Shown here: positions 18,833-27,857 of the stretch, piece by piece
Position numbering within the stretch: the first letter of the stretch is position 1
How the letters are laid out: each line of letters begins with the position of its first letter
Assembly (NCBI GenBank): GCA_965205945.1
Contig: CBDBIB010000001.1
Span: 320,001 to 384,000, forward strand
DNA: 64,000 bases
Direction: 5' to 3'
Source: Bdellovibrionales bacterium
GTDB taxonomy: Bacteria; Bdellovibrionota; Bdellovibrionia; Bdellovibrionales; UBA1609
Position numbers and translations under genes: made by a program
Notes under the pieces: model-generated
Seen by the model: only the letters and a program-made list of their open reading frames with translations
Databases searched by the model: none
Told to the model about the DNA's origin: nothing

Positions 18833-19522
18833 TTAAAGCTCAAAAACACTAAAATCATCATTAAGCCAAGTCCCTAGGTTGACAGCTCTTGCTCGATTTC
18901 CCACTAAAACCGTATCTGCATTAAAATGATAATGACCACATATAAAAATATCATAAGGCCTTCTCTCATAAAGTGCCTTTGTCCACTTTGCCCAATTTTG
19001 TAAAAAATTAGCCCTTTCTTTTTTTGTAGGTGTTTTTTTTACGTCCGTTGTACTTAAAAAAGATCCTATCTTTAAAAGAAAATTCTCTGGAAGAATTTTA
19101 ATCAAAAACCTTGCAAAGGAAGTTCTCAAAAACCATCTCATCCTTAAATAAGCTGTATTTTCTTGATCTAAAAGATCCCCATGACTGACTAAAACCTTTT
19201 GGCCTTTTAATATAAATTCATATTCCCCTGGGTAAACAGTTACACCCATTTTAGCCCATAATCTTCCTAACTGAAAATCATGATTCCCTTCAAAGTAGTG
19301 AACTTTTTTCTTTTTTGCCACGGTAGCAATTTTTTCTAAAACAGATTTATGCATTTTTACAAATATGTCTCTATCACCAAGCCAAAGGTCAAAAATATCT
19401 CCAACTAAAAAAAGTTCTTTAATAGATTCATCTTCATTTACTTCATCTAGCAGGCGCAAAAAAGCCCCGTACCTTTTAGACTGGGACTTGTTTAAATGAG
19501 TATCAGAAACAAAGATGAACAA
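18833..19522 (-). CDS. lpxH: UDP-2,3-diacylglucosamine diphosphatase (LpxH-like metallophosphoesterase)
   Basis: SDTHL, GDIFDLW, GNHDF, HGD, GHYH and LGTW. Confidence 0.8.
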   Translation of the reverse strand: MFIFVSDTHLNKSQSKRYGAFLRLLDEVNEDESIKELFLVGDIFDLWLGDRDIFVKMHKSVLEKIATVAKKKKVHYFEGNHDFQLGRLWAKMGVTVYPGEYEFILKGQKVLVSHGDLLDQENTAYLRMRWFLRTSFARFLIKILPENFLLKIGSFLSTTDVKKTPTKKERANFLQNWAKWTKALYERRPYDIFICGHYHFNADTVLVGNRARAVNLGTWLNDDFSVFEL

Positions 19523-19524
19523 TT

Positions 19525-21024
19525 CTAGATCTCAATGTCTGGAGTTTTTTTATCTCTTAAAAATGTTGGAATTTCTAAAGAACCATCATCTTCATTAATC
19601 TGAGGATTATGAATCAATACATCTTCAGACATTTGTTTTCCAATTTCTTTTGGATCTTTCATATTCATTTCCATTTGTTTTTCTTCAAGATCGCACTGAG
19701 CTCGAAGTCTTTTAGCCTCTTGCTCTAAGCGGTACACCCTAGCTTTTGCTAGTAAAGACTCTCTTGGATATACTTTTTCTTTAGATACTTCTTCTTGATT
19801 ACTGGGTAAAATATCCTCAGTTATTTCTTCCTGTTGAGCAGTTGCTGGCTCTATTTGGCTCACCTTTATTGTCTCTGAAGTTATTATTTCTTCAGGCTGT
19901 GACTGTTTTGTTGGAGCTGTCTTTACAGGTGAAGCCTTTACAACAGGCGTTTGTAGTGAAGAATTAGTATATAAAACATAGTCAGGTTGTTTTAGTACTG
20001 GCTCTTCTCCAGTCGGTTGTCCAGCTCCTATTTGAACAGTTTGTGCTTGAGGTAATATAATTTTTTTTTCTCCACCAAAACCTGTTGCAATAACTGTAAC
20101 ACGAGCTTCATCGCCCATAGATTCATCAATGACTGCTCCAAAAATAATTTCAGCATCCTCATCAGCAGCGTCTGTTATAAGAGTAGAGGCTTCATTCACC
20201 TCCCATAATGTTAAATCAGGACCGCCAGTTACATTAATTATAATTCCGGTAGCTCCATCTATTGAAATATTTTCTAACAGTGGGGAAGAAACTGCTGCTG
20301 AAGCCGCCTCTACTGCTCTATGCTCTCCTGAACCTACTCCTGAGCCCATAATTGCCATACCTTGAGCAGACATAACAGTTTTAATATCAGCAAAATCTAG
20401 GTTAATTAAACCTCTAATATTAATTAAATCAGAAATCCCCTTTACAGCTTGGTACAAAACTTCATCAGCCCTTTTAAAGGTATCTAATAATGATGTTCTT
20501 TCATTTGAAATACATAAAAGCTTCTGATTTGGGATCACAATTAGTGTATCAACACTATCTTTTAACTCTTCAAGACCTAAGTCAGCATGCTTTGTTCTTT
20601 TTTTTCCTTCAAAGACAAAAGGCTTAGTCACTACACCAATGGTTAAAGCTCCAAGCTCTTTAGCAATTTTAGCGACAATGGGAGCTCCACCAGTACCTGT
20701 TCCACCACCCATTCCAGCAGTTACAAAAACCATATCAGCACCCTTAAGATAATCAACAATTGTATTATAAGATTCTACTGCAGATTTTTTTCCAATTTCA
20801 GGATTAGCTCCAGCCCCTAAACCCTTTGTGAGTTCAGATCCAAGTCTAATTTTACCCTCGGCTTTATTAGCGTTGAGTGCTTGTAAATCCGTATTTGCCA
20901 CTATGAATTCAACACCAGATAAACCATTTTCAATCATTGTTTGTACAGCATTAGACCCACCACCACCAACACCAATAACCTTAATACTTGCACCTATTAG
21001 CTTTTCATCTTGAAGTTTAATCAT
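19525..21024 (-). CDS. ftsZ: Cell division protein FtsZ with long C-terminal linker
   Basis: [23 protein letters not shown] and C-terminal LEIPTFLR. Confidence 0.98.
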   Translation of the reverse strand: MIKLQDEKLIGASIKVIGVGGGGSNAVQTMIENGLSGVEFIVANTDLQALNANKAEGKIRLGSELTKGLGAGANPEIGKKSAVESYNTIVDYLKGADMVFVTAGMGGGTGTGGAPIVAKIAKELGALTIGVVTKPFVFEGKKRTKHADLGLEELKDSVDTLIVIPNQKLLCISNERTSLLDTFKRADEVLYQAVKGISDLINIRGLINLDFADIKTVMSAQGMAIMGSGVGSGEHRAVEAASAAVSSPLLENISIDGATGIIINVTGGPDLTLWEVNEASTLITDAADEDAEIIFGAVIDESMGDEARVTVIATGFGGEKKIILPQAQTVQIGAGQPTGEEPVLKQPDYVLYTNSSLQTPVVKASPVKTAPTKQSQPEEIITSETIKVSQIEPATAQQEEITEDILPSNQEEVSKEKVYPRESLLAKARVYRLEQEAKRLRAQCDLEEKQMEMNMKDPKEIGKQMSEDVLIHNPQINEDDGSLEIPTFLRDKKTPDIEI

Positions 21025-21080
21025 GTATTTTCCCCTTATTCTTCATCTAAAACTTTTAAACCTAACTATATATATTTATA

Positions 21081-22340
21081 TTATAAACCTATAAAATCTT
21101 TAAACTGCTTTCCAAAATTTTTAAAAGATTCCTCAACACTTAAGGCCTGCTTTCCTGTAGAAAAGACTCCTTGCACCTTTTTTCCTCTAATATTTAATTT
21201 AGAATAAGCATGCTTTAAAAGACCTACAGCGCAAGAATAATCTGCACCATCAATAGTCTCATTTGTATTAGTTGGGAGATAAGGCTCTGCAACTCGTAAT
21301 AAAACATTTAAATCAGATCCTGCTTGAACTAAGCCCCTTAATTTGCTTCCGCCACCTGTAAGAACAATGCCTGCGGGAAGTTCATTGCCAAAACCACAGG
21401 CCTTAATATCTTTAATAATCAACTCTAAAGTTTCCTTGGCTCTTGGACCAATAATTTGAGCTAAAGTTTTTTTAGAAAAAGAACAGCTCCCACGATTTCC
21501 AATTTCTTCCACTTTAATAAACTCATCCTCTAAAGACTCAAAAAAACACTGACCATATTCAATTTTAATTCTTTCTGCATTGGCAGGAGCTGTTTTTAAA
21601 CATATTGCTAAATCATTTGTAAAGTTGATCCCACCTACAGCAATAGCACCTGTTGCAAGAACAATGCTTTGCTTATAAACAATCCATTCTGACGTTCCAC
21701 CACCAATTTCAACTAAACAAACACCTAATTCCTTTTCCTCATCACTTAAAACAGCTTTTGAAGATGCATATTGCTGAAGAACGAACTCTTTAATCCTTAA
21801 ACCTGAGGCCTCAACACACTTTATAATATTAGGAAATAATGTATGACTACCCGCTATTAAATGAACATTCGCTTCAAGCCTAACACCTTTCATTCCAAGG
21901 GGATTTGTAATCTCAGCTTGTCCATCTAAAATATATTCTTTTGGAATAGTATGAATAATCTCTCTATCACCAGGAAGCATGACCGCACGAGCTGTTTTAA
22001 GTGCATTTTCAATGTCTTTTTGACTAACCTCACTAGTTTCAACAGCAGCAAGGCCCCTTGAATCAAAAGACTTAATATTCAAACCGCCAATGCTTACGTA
22101 AATGTCTCTAAGATCATGACCAGAACTAAGCTCAGCCTCTCTTCTTACTTTTTTAATAGCTTCTATTACTTGATCAATATTAATAATTGCGCCCTGCTTA
22201 ACACCGTTGTGCTTTACAACACCTTTTCCAATAACCTTTATTCCATCAGCGCTCGCCTCAGCAACAAGAAGAGAAACTTTTACTGAGCCAATATCTAATG
22301 CACATATAATTGACTTGCTATTTATTTTTATTGTTTCCAA
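21081..22340 (-). CDS. ftsA: Cell division protein FtsA
   Basis: ALDIGS, PLGMKGVRLE, EIGGGT, AERIKIEYG and LTGGGS. Confidence 0.96.
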   Translation of the reverse strand: METIKINSKSIICALDIGSVKVSLLVAEASADGIKVIGKGVVKHNGVKQGAIINIDQVIEAIKKVRREAELSSGHDLRDIYVSIGGLNIKSFDSRGLAAVETSEVSQKDIENALKTARAVMLPGDREIIHTIPKEYILDGQAEITNPLGMKGVRLEANVHLIAGSHTLFPNIIKCVEASGLRIKEFVLQQYASSKAVLSDEEKELGVCLVEIGGGTSEWIVYKQSIVLATGAIAVGGINFTNDLAICLKTAPANAERIKIEYGQCFFESLEDEFIKVEEIGNRGSCSFSKKTLAQIIGPRAKETLELIIKDIKACGFGNELPAGIVLTGGGSKLRGLVQAGSDLNVLLRVAEPYLPTNTNETIDGADYSCAVGLLKHAYSKLNIRGKKVQGVFSTGKQALSVEESFKNFGKQFKDFIGL

Positions 22341-22553
22341 GGCCCCTCCCCTTATTTATAAAATACGTAAGGATATCTCTTAAAATAAAAGCCAGCTTAA
22401 CTTAGTAAGTCTAACTTTATATTTAATATAGAGTCTAGATCAATATCCAGGGTACTAAAATTAGCTACATCGCTACTCTTTAGCTCTGGTTATAAATCAA
22501 AAAGCTTACCCCTTTAGATTAGGAACTGCATGGCAAAGTGACAACTCTTTTTT

Positions 22554-23264
22554 TTAAGAATCTTTTTTTAACTTAGAGCTTTTGTTCAAAGAAACCACGA
22601 CTCGGTCCTTGAATCTTGCATCTAAAATTTCAGCTTCAAGACCATGAAATCGTAAGTATTTAATCACTTTTGATAATCTGTCTAGCTGTACTAGCACACC
22701 GCTTTCTCCAATAAAAATCCGTCCTTTTATGCCTGAAAAAATAAAAACCAGATCCTCATCAATAAGTATTTCTGAAAGAGTAGCTTGAGATAAAAACCCT
22801 TTTTTCTCAAATTTTAAAAAAACTCTTACAGCTTTTAATCTATTTTTTTTTGCTTCGAATTTAGCTCCACTAATAATCGGTAGATCCGGAATTTTATATT
22901 GAGGAACTTCTGAAAAGATCTCTCCATTTTTATCTACAAGCTTATAAATACCGCGAGTAAAAAAAGCTAGCACAGGTTGCTGAAGATATACTGTTATTTG
23001 ATCAGGTCCAATTAAAGATTTTGTCCGAACAGCTTTATCTATAAAAGGAGCTGTTAAAAAGTCTTCGTTCTCTTCAAAAGCCTTTTTAAAAAGGCTTTCA
23101 GTCATTTTCAACAAGTCTTCCTTTGCGTATAAACTATAAGCTTCATTTTTTGCAATAAAAATTCTAGGCTTAGCCTTTATAACGTGATTACTTATTTTAA
23201 AAAAATAAAGAGCTCCCATAAAAAAAGCAAAAACAATTATAGCAAAAAACTTTCTCTGATTCAT
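22554..23264 (-). CDS. ftsQ: FtsQ/DivIB-like protein (divergent)
   Basis: N-terminal TM, LVDKNG, LPIISG and LDARFKDRVVV. Lies between ddl and ftsA. Start moved to ATG 23264. Confidence 0.8.
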   Translation of the reverse strand: MNQRKFFAIIVFAFFMGALYFFKISNHVIKAKPRIFIAKNEAYSLYAKEDLLKMTESLFKKAFEENEDFLTAPFIDKAVRTKSLIGPDQITVYLQQPVLAFFTRGIYKLVDKNGEIFSEVPQYKIPDLPIISGAKFEAKKNRLKAVRVFLKFEKKGFLSQATLSEILIDEDLVFIFSGIKGRIFIGESGVLVQLDRLSKVIKYLRFHGLEAEILDARFKDRVVVSLNKSSKLKKDS

Positions 23265-23295
23265 ATTTATACTATACAAACTTCTAAGAATATAT

Positions 23296-24210
23296 TCAAC
23301 TTTCTAACGCTGCTGTTTTAATTAATGTTTTAACAAGGTGAGTAAAAGCGATGCCTTTTTCTGCCAAAGCTTTTGGAAAAAGTGATGTTTGTGTACAACC
23401 GGGTAACGTATTTACTTCAATGAAAAAACATTCGCTTTCATTATTTGTTATTAAAAAATCGACTCTCCCATAAATTCTTAAGTTAAATTCTTTATAGATT
23501 TGAAGAGCATATTTTTGACAAGTTTTTTTAAGCTCTTCACTAACAGGGGCTGGGATAAGATAGTCTGTTGCACCTTTTAAATACTTATTTTCCATGTTAT
23601 AAAAACCAGTCTTTGGTCTTATCTCTATAAGCTCAAAAGCCTTGTTTTGAAAAACTGCAACTGTAATTTCTCGACCTATAAGCCTTTTTTCAATAAGAGC
23701 TGTATCACTCCACTTAAAAGATTTCTTTAAAGCACCTTTAAGCTGAGAAAGTTTATCACATAAAGAAATCCCGCGGCTAGAGCCTGATTCACATGGTTTC
23801 ACAACAAATCCACTACTCCATAAAGATATCTTTAAGCGTTTTTTCTCACCTAAAATATCTCCTTTTTTACATACAAACCGTGGTAAGACAGGGACCCCTA
23901 AATAAGCTGCTTTTTTCAGTGAGTCCTCTTTATTAAAACAAAGCTTTGAAGCCTGAACACCACTTCCTGTATAAGGAATTCTCATGCGCTCTAATAACCC
24001 TTGAATCACACCATCTTCTGAGTAGGTCCCGTGAAGAGCAAGTAAGCAAATATCAGGTTTTAATGTTTCTAAATTATGACAAAACCCTTCATTATACTCA
24101 ATAACCTTATATTTGTATCCTAATTTGTCTAAAGCCTTTTGAAAAGCTTGAGATGTCATTCTACTCACTTTAGCCTCAGACTCATGGCCGCCTTGGATTA
24201 CCGCTATCAT
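23296..24210 (-). CDS. ddl: D-alanine-D-alanine ligase
   Basis: GGHESEAKVS, LHG..SEDG, PYTGSG, VVKP, GSSRG and EVNTLPG. Confidence 0.96.
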   Translation of the reverse strand: MIAVIQGGHESEAKVSRMTSQAFQKALDKLGYKYKVIEYNEGFCHNLETLKPDICLLALHGTYSEDGVIQGLLERMRIPYTGSGVQASKLCFNKEDSLKKAAYLGVPVLPRFVCKKGDILGEKKRLKISLWSSGFVVKPCESGSSRGISLCDKLSQLKGALKKSFKWSDTALIEKRLIGREITVAVFQNKAFELIEIRPKTGFYNMENKYLKGATDYLIPAPVSEELKKTCQKYALQIYKEFNLRIYGRVDFLITNNESECFFIEVNTLPGCTQTSLFPKALAEKGIAFTHLVKTLIKTAALES

Positions 24211-25142
24211 ACCAAACCCTCCCAATCGCCTATATAACAAACTTCTGTCTCTAATTTAATACTAAATTCATGCTCTACTTTTTCTTGAGCTATAGAAATA
24301 GCACAGTGTATATCTAAAGCTGAAGCACTTCCTTTATTTACAATAAAATTAGCATGCTTTCTAGAAATCTGAGCTCCACCATATTGATAGCCCTTTAAAC
24401 CAGCTTTTTCTATTAAATAGCCCGCCCCTCGCTGTTCTATATTATTAATATTGTTAAAAGGATTTTTAAATACAGACCCGCAACTAAGCTCTCCTAAAGG
24501 CTGCTTTAAAGAACGCAGTTCTTGAGCTTTTTTAACCATTTCTTTTATTTCTGGCTCTCTATTTTCAAACGGCCAAGATAAGGTCACCTCAGTAATCACC
24601 CCCGGCCCCCAGCCTAGACTTTTCCTATAGCCCCACTCAATATCTGAATTTTTAAACTCTTGCTCTTTAAATCCAAGCCTCTTTTTTTTTAAAACCTTAA
24701 AACTTTCAACAATTTCAACAAACTCCTTAGGTTTTACGTTCTCTCCAACTCCTGCATTCATCACTACACCTCCAGCAACATCTCCTGGAAGACCTGATAA
24801 AAACAAAGCTGGAGCCAGCTTAGCTTTTAAAAACTTTCTCATCGCTCTTATTTTTAACACGCCGGCCTCACATCTAATTCTAAAATTTTTCTCATCAGAA
24901 CAATCTTGAATTGTTGATAACTTTTTAAGACAGACAACTAAACCTTTAACACCTTTGTCGCTAACTAAAATATTTGATCCACCACCAATATAAGTAACCG
25001 GTTGTTTTTTAATAAATGCCCATTCTAAAGCTTTAACAAGATCTTTTTTTGATTCTGGCAAACAAAAATATTCAGCAAGACCCCCTACTTTCCATGAAGT
25101 GTAATTAGCCATAGTTACTTTTTCTTGAATTTTAAAATCCAT
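24207..25142 (-). CDS. murB: UDP-N-acetylmuramate dehydrogenase
   Basis: GGGSNILV, MNAG, SCGSVFKNP and HANFIVN. Confidence 0.96.
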   Translation of the reverse strand: MDFKIQEKVTMANYTSWKVGGLAEYFCLPESKKDLVKALEWAFIKKQPVTYIGGGSNILVSDKGVKGLVVCLKKLSTIQDCSDEKNFRIRCEAGVLKIRAMRKFLKAKLAPALFLSGLPGDVAGGVVMNAGVGENVKPKEFVEIVESFKVLKKKRLGFKEQEFKNSDIEWGYRKSLGWGPGVITEVTLSWPFENREPEIKEMVKKAQELRSLKQPLGELSCGSVFKNPFNNINNIEQRGAGYLIEKAGLKGYQYGGAQISRKHANFIVNKGSASALDIHCAISIAQEKVEHEFSIKLETEVCYIGDWEGLV

Positions 25143-25143
25143 T

Positions 25144-26529
25144 TTATTCTTCTAGCCTTACCGCTTTAAAGTCTTTAACTATTAAATCTGTAACTTTATA
25201 AACATCTCCAGCGCCGAGACTTATAATAACATCTCCTTGTCTTGAAGTTTTAATAATTTGTGTTGAAAGCTCTTTAAATCCAACCGTTACAAAATTAATT
25301 TTTCTATTTGTAATTTGATCTTTTAAATCTTTTAACTCAAAACCACGAATAGGACTTTCACCTGCAGAATAAACATTTAATAAGTAAACTTCATCAGCCA
25401 TATCAAAAGCATTCTTAAATTGATCCCAACATGTTTGAAGCCTTGAATATCTATGTGGTTGAAAAATACACCTAATACGACTTGCAAGAAATTTTTCCTT
25501 GCAAGTTGATAGTGTTGCAACAATTTCTGTTGGATGATGAGCATAGTCATCAATAACCACAACATCTTCCTCCTTAAAATTTGCTTTAAATTCAAAACGC
25601 CTTTTTACTCCTGAAAAAACCTCCATTCCAATTTTAATGTCTTTAAATAAAATTCCTGCCCTTAAACCTATTACTATTGCAGCTAAAGAGTTTAGTGCAT
25701 TATGATTTCCAGGAAGTGGCGGATTAAATACACCTAAAACCTCATCCCCTCTAAAGACTTGGTAGCCCTGTCTTCCTAAACTTTTAATTGAAAAATCATT
25801 TTTTTTACCAAAACCATAAGAAATTTCTTTTTTCTTAAAACCTTTAAATAAACTTACGCAGTCCTCATCATCACCACAGTAAACAACTGACCCATAAAAA
25901 GGAATACGATCGGCAAACTTTAAAAAAGCATCTTTTAAATTTTTAAAAGATCCATAGTGCTCAATATGATCATTATCTATATTAGTAATCACAGAAAGTT
26001 CAGGAGAAAGCTTTTCAAAAGAACCATCACTTTCATCAGCTTCTACAATAAACCACTCCCCTGTTCCTGATTTGGCAGTTGAACCAAATCTTGAAACAAT
26101 ACCACCTAAAACAACCGTTGGACTTTTGGATGCAGATTCAAAAATTTGGGCAACCATACTTGTAGTAGTTGTTTTTCCATGTGTTCCTGCTATGGCCACA
26201 CCTCTTTTAGAACGCATCAACTCAGATAAAGCTTCTGCTCGTGAAATAGTTGGAATATTTTTAATTCTTGCATAAAGTATCTCAAGATTATCAGCGCGTA
26301 TTGCACTAGAATAAACAATTACATCAGCATCTTTAACATTAGCTGAATCATGTCCCATATAAATACGTACACCCTGATCTTTTAAGTATTGAGTTCTTTC
26401 TGAGGACTGAATGTCACTTCCTGAAACCCTTGCTCCTCGGTTAATCAAAATCTCTGCAATCCCAGACATCCCTATGCCACCAATACCAATTAAATGAACT
26501 TTTGATTGTGTAATTCTATTTTCAGGCAT
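25144..26529 (-). CDS. murC: UDP-N-acetylmuramate-L-alanine ligase
   Basis: GIGGIGMSG, GTHGKTTT, EADESD and DDYAHHPTEI. Confidence 0.97.
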   Translation of the reverse strand: MPENRITQSKVHLIGIGGIGMSGIAEILINRGARVSGSDIQSSERTQYLKDQGVRIYMGHDSANVKDADVIVYSSAIRADNLEILYARIKNIPTISRAEALSELMRSKRGVAIAGTHGKTTTTSMVAQIFESASKSPTVVLGGIVSRFGSTAKSGTGEWFIVEADESDGSFEKLSPELSVITNIDNDHIEHYGSFKNLKDAFLKFADRIPFYGSVVYCGDDEDCVSLFKGFKKKEISYGFGKKNDFSIKSLGRQGYQVFRGDEVLGVFNPPLPGNHNALNSLAAIVIGLRAGILFKDIKIGMEVFSGVKRRFEFKANFKEEDVVVIDDYAHHPTEIVATLSTCKEKFLASRIRCIFQPHRYSRLQTCWDQFKNAFDMADEVYLLNVYSAGESPIRGFELKDLKDQITNRKINFVTVGFKELSTQIIKTSRQGDVIISLGAGDVYKVTDLIVKDFKAVRLEE

Positions 26530-27622
26530 GAGGCTCTCTTTTAGTTGACGTTTTTAGCATAATATCTGCAATTTTCTCCCTCGCCCCTAAGGAAAAAGAT
26601 GATTTACAATTATCTCCTAAATTTGAAAACTTAGTAGGATTTTGCTTTATGGATAAGAGCTCTAGATATAAAGTCTCTATACTAAACTGTGCTTCTTCAA
26701 TCATAATTGCTGCACCTTTTTTAACCATACTTTCAGCATTCTTTTTCTGATGATTATCTGAAGAATTAGAAAGAGGCACTAAAATACTAGGTTTTCCCAT
26801 CACTGAAAGCTCAACCACTGTTGAGGCTCCTGATCGACAAATTACAAGATCTGCTGACTCATAATAGGTTTTTATAGGGTCTAAGTAAGATAAAACTTTG
26901 ACATCGTGACTCATTGGATATTTAGCTAAAGTAGACTCATAATTTTTAAAACCCGTTTGATGGATAAAGTTAAAATCTTTAAGTTTATCTCCGAATTTTT
27001 TAATAAACTCTGGCAACACATCATTAAAAACTTTTGCCCCTAGGCTCCCCCCAACGAAAAGAACTGTAATCTTACTTGATTTAGGTTCTTTTTTTAAAGT
27101 TTCTAGCTCTGTCTGAAGCTCTATTCTTATAGGAAGACCTGTTATAATAGATTTATTCTTTTTAAAAAACTTTACAGCTTCAGGAAAGACTAAAAGTGGT
27201 GTTGTATTAAGTTTGCCTAAAATTTTATTCGTAATGCCAGGAACTGTATTAGCCTCCCAAATATATGTAGGGATTTTTAAAATACACGCCACAGCCCCTA
27301 AAGGACCTGAAGCATAGCCACCAACTCCTAAAACAGCCTTAGGTCGATACCTTATAAGCAGAAAAAAAGATTGAATAAAACAGATCGGTAAGAAAAACAA
27401 AGATATAATTTGCTTTATTCTCCCTGCTAAAGAGTGCAGTTGCCCTACGGGTAAAAAATGTACTTTATACTTTGTTTGAGAAAAAATCTTGCGCTCCATA
27501 CCTCTTTTTGAACCAACTAAAACAACTCTAGCTTTTGAATCTTTACGTTTAATTTCATCTGCCACGGCTAAAGCTGGATAAATATGGCCACCTGATCCGC
27601 CACCTGTAATTAAGTATGTCAT
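26522..27622 (-). CDS. murG: Lipid I GlcNAc transferase
   Basis: GGGSGGHIYP, GGYAS, GGSLGA, RSGAST and HQKKNA. Confidence 0.96.
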   Translation of the reverse strand: MTYLITGGGSGGHIYPALAVADEIKRKDSKARVVLVGSKRGMERKIFSQTKYKVHFLPVGQLHSLAGRIKQIISLFFLPICFIQSFFLLIRYRPKAVLGVGGYASGPLGAVACILKIPTYIWEANTVPGITNKILGKLNTTPLLVFPEAVKFFKKNKSIITGLPIRIELQTELETLKKEPKSSKITVLFVGGSLGAKVFNDVLPEFIKKFGDKLKDFNFIHQTGFKNYESTLAKYPMSHDVKVLSYLDPIKTYYESADLVICRSGASTVVELSVMGKPSILVPLSNSSDNHQKKNAESMVKKGAAIMIEEAQFSIETLYLELLSIKQNPTKFSNLGDNCKSSFSLGAREKIADIMLKTSTKREPHA

Positions 27623-27857
27623 AAAAGTATATTACATGATATTGTTTTATTCTCCAACGTCTACTTATATTGTTAAGAAATTTAAAAATATCTAAAATCT
27701 ACTGTTTAAAAACTTAAGATTGTACAGATAACTATAAAAAGGTAAAGTCGTGATCATCTTAAATTTATAAAAAAAATAAAATGGATCCAAATGCTTAAAA
27801 GCCTTTAAAATTAATAAGCACTTTTTTATCAATCAAACATTTTACCTTACATACTAA

